From the NCBI GenBank assembly GCA_018692355.1, contig JABHKE010000023.1, positions 1-57,759 of the forward strand: DNA of 57,759 bases. The letters are read 5' to 3'. A model generated the notes under the pieces. The model saw only the letters and a program-made list of their open reading frames with translations, was not told the origin of the DNA and did not search any database. Every line of letters starts with the position of its first letter. Positions within the stretch are counted from its first letter, which is position 1. A program made the position numbers and the translations under genes. Source of the DNA: Fidelibacterota bacterium (GTDB lineage Bacteria > Fidelibacterota > Marinisomatia > Marinisomatales > UBA1611). This document shows positions 29,468 to 40,002 of the stretch, piece after piece.

Positions 29468-29614
29468 TAAGGTGGCCTGATTTTGTAATAAAGTTGTGAT
29501 TTTAATAACCATCACTCGTGTAATTCGGATTTAATTATTTACCCGTAGTTTATAACTTAACAATTTTCCCGATTTCCCCCTTAATTCGGGTTCATCTTCT
29601 CTGTAAATTTTCAG

Positions 29615-30725
29615 ATGGAATTATCTGATTTAAAGGAGCAATTTGCAGCAGCAGAATCCAAGGACTCCGAAATACGGAGGTATCTTTGATCTGGATTCCA
29701 GATCAAAAACATTAGTAGTGCTCCGCGAGCAATCTTCCAATCCAGATTTCTGGAATGATAATCAAGGTGCATCTAGCATCCTGAAAAAAATTTCCCGGAT
29801 CGAAAAAGAAATTGCGTTATGGTCAGACCTAACCAGGCGCCATGATGATATGGAGGTGTTATTCGAGTTTGCGGAAGAGGGCGAAACGGGTTTGGATGAA
29901 ATCCAAAATGAGCTGAATCTGTACCAGAAGATCATTGACGATGTTGAAATGAAACTTATTTTAGGCAAACCTGAAGATATTCAAAATGCCATTATGGCGA
30001 TTCACCCGGGTGCCGGTGGAACCGAGAGTCAAGATTGGGCACAAATGCTTTATCGCATGTACAAGCGATGGGCTGAGAAAGAAGATTTTAAAATTGAAAT
30101 TATAGATTTACAGCCAGGGGATGAAGCTGGTATAAAAGATGTAACATTTGAAATAAAAGGTGATTATGCTTTTGGCATGGCAAAAGCTGAAGCAGGTGTG
30201 CATCGCATGGTTCGAATTTCTCCCTTTGATTCTGCTAGCAGGCGCCACACATCATTTGCATCGGTATTTGTTTATCCCGCTGTAGAAGATGACATTGAGG
30301 TGGAAATTAATCCTACGGATCTTCGTATCGATACTTACCGTGCCAGCGGAGCAGGCGGTCAGCATATTAATAAAACAGATTCCGCCGTCCGCATTACGCA
30401 CCATCCAACAGGAATTGTTGCTCAATGCCAGAATGAGAGATCTCAGCATAAAAATAAGAGTCAAGCTATGAAGATTCTGAAAGCTAGGATTTATCAAGTA
30501 GAGCTGGAAAAAGAGAAAGAGAAAAATAAGGATCTGGAAGACCAAAAAATGGATATTGGGTGGGGAAGTCAGATCCGATCCTATGTTTTTCATCCTTATC
30601 AAATGGTAAAAGACCACCGAACCAAAGAAGAAAATGGAAATACCCAATTCGTTATGGATGGTGGTTTAACGCCATTTATTAAAGCATTTTTATTAAGTAC
30701 AATTGGTACTAAAAATAAGGCGTAA
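29615..30725 (+). CDS. prfB: Peptide chain release factor 2, with programmed +1 ribosomal frameshift
   Basis: ATG 29615 opens a 24-codon frame ending ...CGG AGG TAT CTT TGA T (29675-29690). A +1 shift at CTT-T (skip T 29687) joins the 29688-30725 frame. SPF (RISPFDS) and GGQ (SGAGGQHINK) motifs are present, and an SD-like GGAGG lies 3 nt upstream of the CTT. Confidence 0.93.
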
Positions 30726-30735
30726 AGGAAAAGCT

Positions 30736-32226
30736 ATGTCAGACGACCATAAAAGTTTACAACAGATTATTGATTTTAGACTTGAGAAACTTAATAAACT
30801 CAGAGAAGATGGAATAAATCCATATCCAACAAAATATGAGCCGACTCATTGGAGTGAATCCATTAAAACTAATTATGATGAATTAGAAGGAAAAACTGTA
30901 AATGTTGCAGGGCGAGTGATGGCTATTAGGAAGATGGGAAAAGCGTCCTTTGCGCAGATCATGGATTCGGAAGGACGGATCCAGTTTTTTATCAAACGAG
31001 ATGATGTAGGCGAAGAGTCCTACGCCCATTTCAAATTATTGGATATCGGAGATTATGTGGGTGTTGTAGGATACGTGTTTACCACAAAAACAGGTGAAAT
31101 TTCTATCCATACTGACGTTATTACTATATTGGCTAAAAGCATTCGCCCTCTCCCGGTTGTGAAAGAAAAAGATGGAGAAGTATTTGACGCATTTAGGGAT
31201 AAGGAACACCGCTATCGAAACCGCCATTTAGATTTGATTTTAAATCCAGAAGTGAAAGATACATTTGTAAAACGTGCTGCTATTATTAAAACAATTAGAA
31301 ATTTTCTTGATGATCTCGGATTTTTGGAAGTTGAGACACCAGTCCTTCAGCCTTTATATGGTGGAGCAAATGCTCGTCCTTTTACGACACATCACAATAC
31401 CCTTGACCAAAAACTTTATCTCCGAATTGCGGATGAATTATATTTAAAACGGCTCATCATTGGCGGCATTGATCGGGTTTATGAACTCTCCAAAGATTTT
31501 CGGAACGAAGGGATGGATCGTAATCATAACCCGGAATTCACCATGTTAGAATTCTATTGGGCTTATGCGGATTATGAAGATTGCATGGATCTTGTTGAAA
31601 AAATGGTTCGTGAAGCAGCAGAAAAAGTCGGCGCACTCCAGGTGGATTGGGGCGGCATGGATATTGATCTTTCGAAACCCTTTACGCGGGTTCCAATGTT
31701 GAAATTATTGAAAGATGCCACAGGTTGTGACTTAGGTGATGTATCTGATGATGAAATCCAGACGGTCTGTATAAAAAATAACATTAAAGTAGATGAAACC
31801 TGGAATTATGGCCAAATGCTGGATGAACTCATGAGCAAACTTGTGGAGCCAAATTTGATTCAGCCCACTTTTATCATTGATTATCCAAAGGCAATCTCGC
31901 CTCTTGCAAAAGTACATCGAAATGGTAACCAGAATCTTGTTGAGCGGTATGAACTTTTTATTGGTGGTGCAGAATTTGCTAATTCTTTTTCTGAATTGAA
32001 TGACCCTGTGGATCAGCGTGAACGATTGGAAGCCCAGGCGGCTCTCAAAGAAAAAGGGGATGAGGAAGCTCAACCTGTGGATGAACAATTTATCCAGGCC
32101 ATGGAATGCGGTATGCCACCAACAGGAGGTGTGGGTCTAGGTATTGATAGACTCACTATGTTACTTACAGAAAATCGTTGGATTAAAGATGTGATCCTCT
32201 TTCCAGCCATGAGACCGGAAAAATAA
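30736..32226 (+). CDS. lysS: Lysine--tRNA ligase, class II
   Basis: N-terminal OB anticodon-binding domain plus class II core motifs (FRNEGMD..., ELFIGG.EFANSFSELNDP, GGVGLGIDRL). ATG 30736 is preceded by AAGGAAAAG. Confidence 0.93.
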   Translation: MSDDHKSLQQIIDFRLEKLNKLREDGINPYPTKYEPTHWSESIKTNYDELEGKTVNVAGRVMAIRKMGKASFAQIMDSEGRIQFFIKRDDVGEESYAHFKLLDIGDYVGVVGYVFTTKTGEISIHTDVITILAKSIRPLPVVKEKDGEVFDAFRDKEHRYRNRHLDLILNPEVKDTFVKRAAIIKTIRNFLDDLGFLEVETPVLQPLYGGANARPFTTHHNTLDQKLYLRIADELYLKRLIIGGIDRVYELSKDFRNEGMDRNHNPEFTMLEFYWAYADYEDCMDLVEKMVREAAEKVGALQVDWGGMDIDLSKPFTRVPMLKLLKDATGCDLGDVSDDEIQTVCIKNNIKVDETWNYGQMLDELMSKLVEPNLIQPTFIIDYPKAISPLAKVHRNGNQNLVERYELFIGGAEFANSFSELNDPVDQRERLEAQAALKEKGDEEAQPVDEQFIQAMECGMPPTGGVGLGIDRLTMLLTENRWIKDVILFPAMRPEK

Positions 32227-32392
32227 AAATTGAATATGATTTTTTCAAAAAACATAAGATTGGGATGAAGATAATTGTGTTTGAGATAATATTATTTACA
32301 CCCAAGATAGTGGTTGTTTATTTACTGGGGATTCATGATCCTATGGGAAACAACAGGAAATGTTAGTAATCAAATAAAATTATATTTCAATA

Positions 32393-33559
32393 ATGTCCTT
32401 TAATTTTCGCCTGGCTCTTCGTTATTTATTTTCTCCGAATAAATCCAGTTTTTCGTCTACTGCCAGTTGGTTAGCAATTGGCGGACTTTCCATCGGTATT
32501 ACAGCTTTGATGCTTACTGCCAGCATCATTCACGGATTTCAAAAGGTGATTTCTGAAAAACTTTCATCTTTTGAAGGGCAAGGCAGGATTCAGCATATTC
32601 TCGGGAATCAAATAGATTTAACGAATCCAACTTTGGATTCCCTAATTCAATCCTATTCCAAATCATTTTCGCCTTTTGTCCGGGGTGTTTGCATGGTTCG
32701 CTCTGGCTCCCATGCAGATGGCGTATTGATTGAAGGAGTCAAACTGCTTCCAAAAGCAATTTCAGACTATCCAAATAATAAAATAAAGCCCGGGGAAATT
32801 GTTGTGGGCAATGGTTTAGCACAGGAGCTAAAGATCGAACAAGGAGATACAGTTTTTCTCCAAGTATTTTCATCGGGACAATCTTCACCATTCCCCAGAA
32901 AAATAAAACCTGTTATGGTGAAAGAAATTTTTCATTCCGGGCTCCAGGAATATGATAAAACTTTGGCTTATATCGATTTGGATGATGCCAGGAACTTATT
33001 TGGATTTGAAAATAATTTTGTGTCTGGCATGATTTTGAGTGATGCCAATATCCCTGTGATTAGAAAGAAAATTTCGTATCCTTACTTCTATGAATCCTGG
33101 CGAGATCGGCATGCACTTCTTTTTGAATGGATCGATATCCAGCGTTGGCCAGCTTATATTATGTTTGGACTTATTGCACTGGTGGGAATTGTCAATATTA
33201 TTGCCGCTATTGCCATGATCATTACCGAGAAATCCGGGCAAATTGGGATTCTTATGGCCCAAGGCACCCATAGGTCAACACTAAAGAGTATTTTCATGAT
33301 CCAGGGCGGGTTTATTGGCCTTATGGGTGGAATCATTGGTGGATTACTTTCCATGTCCATTATTTGGGCTCAATTGAAATTCGAGATTCTGAAAATTCCT
33401 GCAGAGATCTATTTCATGGACCAAATCCCATTTTCATTTGATTATCCAGCATTTGGACTCATTCTGATCATTACTTTTATCTTTTGCATGGTAGCTTCGT
33501 GGTGGCCAACAAAAGTTGTCACCACCTTAAACCCTGCGGTTGCATTGGGATACGAATGA
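32393..33559 (+). CDS. LolC/LolE-like ABC transporter permease (FtsX/MacB family)
   Basis: 388 aa with an N-terminal TM helix, a large periplasmic domain and a C-terminal FtsX three-TM bundle. Followed by a paralogue and lolD. Confidence 0.8.
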   Translation: MSFNFRLALRYLFSPNKSSFSSTASWLAIGGLSIGITALMLTASIIHGFQKVISEKLSSFEGQGRIQHILGNQIDLTNPTLDSLIQSYSKSFSPFVRGVCMVRSGSHADGVLIEGVKLLPKAISDYPNNKIKPGEIVVGNGLAQELKIEQGDTVFLQVFSSGQSSPFPRKIKPVMVKEIFHSGLQEYDKTLAYIDLDDARNLFGFENNFVSGMILSDANIPVIRKKISYPYFYESWRDRHALLFEWIDIQRWPAYIMFGLIALVGIVNIIAAIAMIITEKSGQIGILMAQGTHRSTLKSIFMIQGGFIGLMGGIIGGLLSMSIIWAQLKFEILKIPAEIYFMDQIPFSFDYPAFGLILIITFIFCMVASWWPTKVVTTLNPAVALGYE

Positions 33560-34722
33560 ATTGGGAGAAAAAAGTCTCAAAGAGGTTTTCTGAATCATCG
33601 AGAAGGCAGGTATGGTTCTCCGGGTTATTTTCCATGATCGGCATGGGCGTGGGATGTTTTGCTATGATTGTTTCTCTATCGGTCATGAATGGATTCGAAA
33701 CGCTCGTCCATTCCAAATTAAAGGGATTTGAAGGTGATCTTCGCGTTTCGGGTCAAGTTTCTGAAAATGAAATTTCTGAATTGGATGGAATTGAAATAGT
33801 AATGCCATTTATGGAGCGTCGAGGTGTGGTTGAAGACGGGAATGATCAAAAGGTGGTTTCCTTAAAAGCCGTAGATGTTGCAAAAATGACAGATTTCTAC
33901 AATTTTCCACTTCGTGGAAAGTCTCCCGAAATAAGTGAAGTAGTGATTGGTCAGGATCTAGCCTATCGATTGGGAAAAGATGTTGGTGATGAAATCATGG
34001 TTTATAGTCCCATTGATCAGTCCTTTGGATTTGGTTTAACACCAAAAACGAAAATGACAATAAGTGGTATTTTTTCAACAAGAATTCTGGATTACGATGA
34101 TAGATTTGTTTTTTTATCACTTCATGATGGGAAAAAATTGTTCAAGCGAAAATCCGGTTTGGATGGAATCGATATTCGCGTTTTAAAAAATTTCAATGTA
34201 TCATCGCTAAAATACAATTTGGCACAAAAATTGAGTGATTCCGTAACTATACAATCTTGGGAAGATTTAAATCGGTCCCTGGTGGAAGCCATGAAAATGG
34301 AACGATTGGGCACCATCGTGATTTTAAGTCTCATATTTCTGGTGGCAGCCTTCAATTTGGCTGCTGCATTATCGCTGATTTCTATCCAGAAAATAAAAGA
34401 AGTGGGGATACTGAAAGCAATGGGTGCACCGATTGAATCCATCCAAAAGATTATAATTCGTATGGGCTTTAACCGAGCAGGGAAAGGTGCCATCTGCGGA
34501 TTTATTTTGGGCATTTTGCTTACACTAGTTCAAAACCAATTCGGGTTGATACCGATTCCATCAGATATCTATTTTATTGATGCCTTGCCCATGGTACTTT
34601 TTCCAAAAGATCTATACACTGTGATCTTTATTTCATTTATGTTTATTTTATTAGCTTCGTTTATAGCAGGACGAAAACTGGCTCACACACAAATCAAGGA
34701 TGCGCTCCAATGGGGGAAATAA
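33556..34722 (+). CDS. LolC/LolE-like ABC transporter permease, second copy
   Basis: Same architecture. ATG 33556 overlaps the upstream stop (ATGA); the track start 33484 is inside the previous gene. Confidence 0.8.
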   Translation: MNWEKKVSKRFSESSRRQVWFSGLFSMIGMGVGCFAMIVSLSVMNGFETLVHSKLKGFEGDLRVSGQVSENEISELDGIEIVMPFMERRGVVEDGNDQKVVSLKAVDVAKMTDFYNFPLRGKSPEISEVVIGQDLAYRLGKDVGDEIMVYSPIDQSFGFGLTPKTKMTISGIFSTRILDYDDRFVFLSLHDGKKLFKRKSGLDGIDIRVLKNFNVSSLKYNLAQKLSDSVTIQSWEDLNRSLVEAMKMERLGTIVILSLIFLVAAFNLAAALSLISIQKIKEVGILKAMGAPIESIQKIIIRMGFNRAGKGAICGFILGILLTLVQNQFGLIPIPSDIYFIDALPMVLFPKDLYTVIFISFMFILLASFIAGRKLAHTQIKDALQWGK

Positions 34723-35387
34723 TTTTACAGGCAAAAAATATTGATAAATCTTTTTCTAATGGAAAAACTAAACTATCTGTTCTTAAGGATTTCTCCTTGG
34801 ATGTGGATGTGGGCCAAATTATAACAATAATGGGGCAATCAGGTTCGGGGAAAACAACCGCATTAAATATTCTGGGCACATTGGATCAGGCCGATGCTGG
34901 GGAATTAAGTATCAATGGGAAACAAGTTCATGATATGAATGAAACTGAATTATCAACAATTCGGAACCGTGATATCGGTTTTGTTTTCCAATTTCATCAT
35001 TTATTACCAGAATTTTCAGCAATTGAAAATATACTAATGCCTACATGGATAAATGGAGCGGATGACAGAAGAGATCGTGCTTTAGATTTAATTGAGAAAA
35101 TGGGATTATCAGAAAGAAAAGATCACTTCCCAAGCCAATTATCTGGGGGTGAAAGATCCCGAGTGGCAGTGGCCCGTGCATTAATGAATAAGCCCAAGCT
35201 AGTTTTGGCAGATGAACCAACGGGAAACTTGGATGAAAAAAATGCAAATAAACTCATTGACCTTTTAGGTAAAATTAATAAAGATTTTCATCAGGCGATC
35301 GTGCTTACAACGCACAATCCGAAAATCGCACGAATCGGCCACAAACAATTCTTTTTAGAAAACGGATCCTTATCCGAAAAAGCATAA
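34710..35387 (+). CDS. lolD: Lipoprotein-releasing system ATP-binding protein LolD-like
   Basis: Walker A GQSGSGKTT, signature LSGGERSRV, Walker B LVLADEPTGNLD. Confidence 0.85.
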   Translation: MGEIILQAKNIDKSFSNGKTKLSVLKDFSLDVDVGQIITIMGQSGSGKTTALNILGTLDQADAGELSINGKQVHDMNETELSTIRNRDIGFVFQFHHLLPEFSAIENILMPTWINGADDRRDRALDLIEKMGLSERKDHFPSQLSGGERSRVAVARALMNKPKLVLADEPTGNLDEKNANKLIDLLGKINKDFHQAIVLTTHNPKIARIGHKQFFLENGSLSEKA

Positions 35388-35394
35388 CCGAATC

Positions 35395-37863
35395 ATGAAA
35401 GAAAATTTTTCAAAGCGCGTCCAATTGATCATTAAACTGTCTAAGGAAGAAGCGATTCGTCTGGGTCACAGTTATGTAGGCTCGGAACATCTATTATTGG
35501 GTTTATTGAAGGAAGGCTCAGGATTAGGCAAGAAGGTTCTGGATGTGTACGACATTGATCCAAATGAAATGGTGTCTATGATCGAGGATATGATCAAAAC
35601 TTCCGGCGGCACCATGACCCTTGGGCATTTACCTTTAACCCGTCGTGCGGAACGGATTCTTCGAAATGCATTCAGTGAAGCATCATCTCGTGGTGAAACC
35701 ATTGCAGATGATGAACATTTACTCTTAGCTATGCTCAGGGAATCTGAAGGTATAGCCTTTGAAATATTGAAATCATTTTCATTGGATTATGATACAGTTG
35801 GTGACCTGATTAAAACCACCGAAGATGAATCGGATTTAGATATACCCATGTCATCGAAACCATCTTCCAAAAGCAAAACACCAACATTGGACCACTTTTC
35901 CCGCGATATTACCCAACTTGCCAAAAAAGGGAAGTTGGATCCTGTGATCGGGCGAGAAAGTGAAATCGAACGTGTGGCTCAAATACTGACCCGGCGGAAG
36001 AAAAATAATCCTGTTTTAATTGGTGAACCCGGCGTTGGAAAAACAGCCATTATCGAAGGATTGGCTCAAATGATCATACGGAAAACAGTTCCTAGGATTC
36101 TTCACAATCAACGAATTTTATCTCTAGACCTGGCTGCTATAGTTGCTGGAACGAAATATAGAGGGCAATTTGAAGAACGTCTAAAAAGTATCATGGTGGA
36201 ATTAGAGATGAGTGAAAATGTGATCATTTTTATTGATGAGATTCATACTCTGGTTGGTGCTGGTGGTGCTTCAGGTTCTTTAGACGCATCTAATATGTTT
36301 AAACCGTCCTTGGCTCGGGGAGATATTCATTGCATAGGTGCCACAACAATGGATGAATATCGGAAGTATATTGAAAAAGATGGGGCGTTGGATAGACGAT
36401 TCCAAAAGATTACTATTAGCCCGCCTTCAGTCGAAGAATCCACAGCTATTCTCCATGGGTTGAAAGAAAAGTATGCAGAGCACCATAAGGTGAATTATAC
36501 CGATAATGCAATTGAAGCTTGCGTCCATTTGTCTGAACGGTATATTTCAGACAAATTCTTGCCGGATAAGGCCATTGATGTAATGGATGAAGCGGGTGCC
36601 AAGGCACATATGTACAACCTTGAAGTACCAAAAAGTATTTTAGAAATTGAAGATGATCTTCAAAAAATAAGAGATCAAAAAGAGACAAAGGTCTCAAACC
36701 AGTTATTTGAAGAAGCGGCGGTCTTAAGAGATCAGGAAAGGAAATTGCTCCATCGATTGGGTATCGCACAAAAACAGTGGCAGAATGAAGAAGATGATAA
36801 ATCTGTCCTAATTAATGCTGAGCATATTGCAGATGTAGTTTCTCTCATGACAGGCATTCCACTATCAAAGGTAGCAGAATCTGAAAGTCAACGATTGTTA
36901 CACTTGAATCACGAATTAAGTAATTATATAATTGGGCAGGAAGAAGCAATTGTGAGTTTAACAAAGGCAATTCGCAGATCCAGAACAGGATTAAAAAATC
37001 CAAACAGGCCTATAGGTGTTTTTCTCTTCCTCGGACCCACTGGCGTTGGGAAAACAGAATTAGCTAAATCATTAGCGAAATACTTATTTCCCCATAACCA
37101 GGCTTTGGTAAAGTTGGATATGTCTGAATTCACGGAACGGTTTTCCATTTCAAGATTAATCGGCGCACCTCCCGGATATGTTGGATATGAGGAAGGTGGT
37201 GAGCTTACTGAAAAGGTGCGACGCAATCCGTACTCTGTTGTTTTATTGGATGAAATTGAAAAAGCTCATCCAGATATATATAATGTATTACTTCAAGTAT
37301 TTGATGAAGGTATATTAACAGATGGTCTTGGAAGAAAAATAGATTTCAAAAACTCGATTATTATCATGACATCAAATCTGGGAACAAAGGATTTGAAAAA
37401 TGATGGATTTGGTTTTGGTGGAAGTAAAGCTGAAGAGAAATATCAAAATATGAAAGAGCGAGTTATGAAGAATGTTCAGGACCTTTTTTCTCCGGAACTA
37501 ATGAATCGAATTGATGAATCTATTGTATTTCATTCTCTCTCTGAACAGAATGTGTATGATATAATTGATCTCCAGTTGTTTGACCTGGTCCAAAACCTTT
37601 CCAAACTGGGACTAAAACTTAAAATGACAAAAACTGCAAAGAAACTCTTGGCGAAGAATGGATATGATGCAAAATATGGTGTTCGACCACTTCGAAGAGA
37701 GATTCAAAAGTCATTAGAAGATCCCATTTCCGAAATGATACTTAAACATGCATTTACCAAAGGGACAACCATTACAGTCAAAGCATTGAAAAAAGACCTG
37801 TATTTCGATTATAAGTCCAGTAAGAAATCCCAAGGAAAAAGGTCTAAATCATCGCCTGAATAA
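35395..37863 (+). CDS. clpC: ATP-dependent Clp protease ATP-binding subunit ClpC
   Basis: 822 aa with N-terminal Clp repeats, two AAA+ modules (GEPGVGKT, GPTGVGKT) and a UVR-like linker (LFEEAAVLRDQERKL). Confidence 0.9.
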   Translation: MKENFSKRVQLIIKLSKEEAIRLGHSYVGSEHLLLGLLKEGSGLGKKVLDVYDIDPNEMVSMIEDMIKTSGGTMTLGHLPLTRRAERILRNAFSEASSRGETIADDEHLLLAMLRESEGIAFEILKSFSLDYDTVGDLIKTTEDESDLDIPMSSKPSSKSKTPTLDHFSRDITQLAKKGKLDPVIGRESEIERVAQILTRRKKNNPVLIGEPGVGKTAIIEGLAQMIIRKTVPRILHNQRILSLDLAAIVAGTKYRGQFEERLKSIMVELEMSENVIIFIDEIHTLVGAGGASGSLDASNMFKPSLARGDIHCIGATTMDEYRKYIEKDGALDRRFQKITISPPSVEESTAILHGLKEKYAEHHKVNYTDNAIEACVHLSERYISDKFLPDKAIDVMDEAGAKAHMYNLEVPKSILEIEDDLQKIRDQKETKVSNQLFEEAAVLRDQERKLLHRLGIAQKQWQNEEDDKSVLINAEHIADVVSLMTGIPLSKVAESESQRLLHLNHELSNYIIGQEEAIVSLTKAIRRSRTGLKNPNRPIGVFLFLGPTGVGKTELAKSLAKYLFPHNQALVKLDMSEFTERFSISRLIGAPPGYVGYEEGGELTEKVRRNPYSVVLLDEIEKAHPDIYNVLLQVFDEGILTDGLGRKIDFKNSIIIMTSNLGTKDLKNDGFGFGGSKAEEKYQNMKERVMKNVQDLFSPELMNRIDESIVFHSLSEQNVYDIIDLQLFDLVQNLSKLGLKLKMTKTAKKLLAKNGYDAKYGVRPLRREIQKSLEDPISEMILKHAFTKGTTITVKALKKDLYFDYKSSKKSQGKRSKSSPE

Positions 37864-37868
37864 ACTCT

Positions 37869-37934
37869 AGTCCGCCATATAGGTGGACTAATCAATCCCA
37901 TCTGTCAAATTGTACCACCATTGTCGGTGGTACA
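37869..37934 (+). other. Pair of related GC-rich hairpins between clpC and dnaK
   Basis: AGTCCGCC-atata-GGTGGACT (37869-37889) and TGTACCACC-attgtc-GGTGGTACA (37911-37934). They share a CC(G/A)CC/GGTGG core and neither is followed by a T-tract. Confidence 0.6.
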
Positions 37935-37997
37935 TTCCTTGCCTAAATAAACCAGTATTTTAACACAATTTTTGTTTTTCGATTAAAAGGAGAAAGA

Positions 37998-39899
37998 ATG
38001 GGCAAGATTATTGGAATTGATCTAGGAACCACAAACTCGTGTGTTGCCGTCTTAGAAGGCGGGGAACCTACAGTAATCACTAATCCGGAAGGCGGCCGGA
38101 CGACACCGTCCGTTGTAGGATTTACAAAAGACGGGGATCGACTTATTGGACAGGCCGCAAAACGCCAGGCAGTTACAAATCCTGAAAACACTATTTTTTC
38201 TATAAAACGGTTCATGGGCAGGATGCATGATGAAGTTGGGACTGAATTGACTGAAGTTCCTTATAAAGTTGAGAAAAATTCAAATGGTGCATGTGTGGTG
38301 AATGCAGGTGATAATGAGTACACTCCACCAGAAATTTCTGCTATGATTTTACAAAAACTCAAACAACAAGCAGAAGAATATCTTGGGACAAAAGTCTCCG
38401 ATGCGGTTATAACAGTTCCTGCTTATTTTAATGATTCTCAGCGTCAGGCAACCAAGGATGCAGGGAAGATCGCCGGATTGAATGTTCGCCGAATTATTAA
38501 TGAACCTACTGCAGCATCTCTCGCTTATGGTTTGGATAAAAAGAAAGATGAAAAGATCGCTGTTTTTGATCTCGGTGGTGGAACATTTGACATTTCTATC
38601 CTCGAATTAGGAGATGGTGTGTTTGAAGTAAAATCGTCCAATGGAGACGGGCATCTTGGTGGTGATGATTTTGACCAGAAGGTGATTGATTGGATAGCGG
38701 ATGAATTCAACAAATCAGATGGAATCGATCTTCGAAAAGATGCAATGGCGCTTCAGCGTTTAAAAGAAGCAGCGGAAACGGCAAAGAAAGAATTGTCTTC
38801 CTCAAAGCAAACCGATATAAATCTCCCTTTTGTTACGGCTGATGCATCCGGTCCTAAACATTTAAACCTGACACTTTCACGCGCAAAATTTGAGGACTTA
38901 GTGAATGACCTTGTTGAGCGAACGATTCAACCTTGTATGCAAGCTATTAAAGATGCTGGTGTATCCAAAAGTGAAATTGATGAAGTAATCCTGGTGGGTG
39001 GTTCAACACGGATTCCAAAGATTCAAGAAAAAGTAAAAGAGATCTTTGGTAAAGAACCGAATAAGAGTGTGAACCCTGATGAAGTTGTTGCTCTGGGTGC
39101 TGCAATTCAGGGAGGTGTTCTTTCCGGTGATGTGGATGATATACTACTATTAGATGTGACACCACTTTCTCTGGGGATTGAAACATTGGGCGGCGTTTCC
39201 ACAAAACTCATTGAACGAAACACAACTATTCCCACTAAGAAATCGCAGGTATTTAGTACGGCGGCTGATAATCAAACCACCGTTGAGATTCATGTGCTAC
39301 AAGGTGAACGAGAAATGGCTCTGGATAATAAGACCATTGGCCGTTTCCATTTGGCGGACATTCCGCCTTCACCTCGCGGCATTCCACAAATTGAAGTTTC
39401 CTTCGATATCGATGCCAATGGTATTCTAAATGTAAATGCAAAAGATAAAGCCACGGGTAAAGAGCAAAGTATTCGAATAGAAGCATCTAGTGGATTATCT
39501 GATACCGAGATCGATAAATTGGTGAATGATGCCAAGAAACACGAAAGTGAAGATAAAGAAAAGCGCGAAAAGATTGATTTGGTTAATCAAGCAGAACATT
39601 TAATCTATGAAACAGAGAAAAATGTGAAGGAACATGCTGAGAAATTGGATGATTCTGAAAAAGAGAGTTTAACTGAAAAAGTTGAAGAATTGAAAAAAGC
39701 CAGAGAGAGTGGTAGTGTAGATAATATTAAATCTGCCATGGAATCTTTAAATGCATTCTGGAGTACTGTAGCATCAAAAATGTATGATTCTGCAAAGCAG
39801 GAAGAGGATACTTCAAGTGGTGAGTCAACGGATGGCACGGATACAAAAAAGAAAAAAGAGAGTGAGATTGAAGACGCTGATTTTGAAGTTGTCGATTAA
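37998..39899 (+). CDS. dnaK: Molecular chaperone DnaK (Hsp70)
   Basis: 633 aa with [16 protein letters not shown] and a full substrate-binding and lid domain. RBS AAAGGAGAAAG upstream. Confidence 0.98.
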   Translation: MGKIIGIDLGTTNSCVAVLEGGEPTVITNPEGGRTTPSVVGFTKDGDRLIGQAAKRQAVTNPENTIFSIKRFMGRMHDEVGTELTEVPYKVEKNSNGACVVNAGDNEYTPPEISAMILQKLKQQAEEYLGTKVSDAVITVPAYFNDSQRQATKDAGKIAGLNVRRIINEPTAASLAYGLDKKKDEKIAVFDLGGGTFDISILELGDGVFEVKSSNGDGHLGGDDFDQKVIDWIADEFNKSDGIDLRKDAMALQRLKEAAETAKKELSSSKQTDINLPFVTADASGPKHLNLTLSRAKFEDLVNDLVERTIQPCMQAIKDAGVSKSEIDEVILVGGSTRIPKIQEKVKEIFGKEPNKSVNPDEVVALGAAIQGGVLSGDVDDILLLDVTPLSLGIETLGGVSTKLIERNTTIPTKKSQVFSTAADNQTTVEIHVLQGEREMALDNKTIGRFHLADIPPSPRGIPQIEVSFDIDANGILNVNAKDKATGKEQSIRIEASSGLSDTEIDKLVNDAKKHESEDKEKREKIDLVNQAEHLIYETEKNVKEHAEKLDDSEKESLTEKVEELKKARESGSVDNIKSAMESLNAFWSTVASKMYDSAKQEEDTSSGESTDGTDTKKKKESEIEDADFEVVD

Positions 39900-39920
39900 T
39901 CTTTTTTCTTAAGATTAAAA

Positions 39921-39955
39921 AAAGCTTTCGGCCGGTTGGTTGAGAGCTTTTTTTA
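39921..39955 (+). terminator. Rho-independent terminator after dnaK
   Basis: AAAGCTTTC-(12-nt loop)-GAGAGCTTT, a 9-bp stem including one G-U pair, followed by TTTTT. Confidence 0.7.
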
Positions 39956-40002
39956 TATATGGAACTCACTTCCAAAATTAGAGTTCACATTGTAACCTTT
40001 CT

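Noticed and set aside
27294-29614. CRISPR array or integron cassette array
   Set aside because: There are only two to three repeat copies with about 1.07-kb periodicity and coding 'spacers'. I see no 25-40-nt repeat/spacer regularity, no attC-like imperfect palindromes with GTTRRRY cores, and no intI or cas genes in the window.
29470-29614. Possible additional degenerate module or small RNA between the array and prfB
   Set aside because: Only short similarities were seen: CATCACT is shared with the left flank at 27297-27303, and TAATTCGG is repeated. I found no extended alignment to the modules and no convincing structure by eye, so I treat it as the prfB upstream region.
37864-37997. CIRCE/HrcA operator upstream of dnaK
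   Set aside because: No match to TTAGCACTC-N9-GAGTGCTAA. The two hairpins present have a different sequence.
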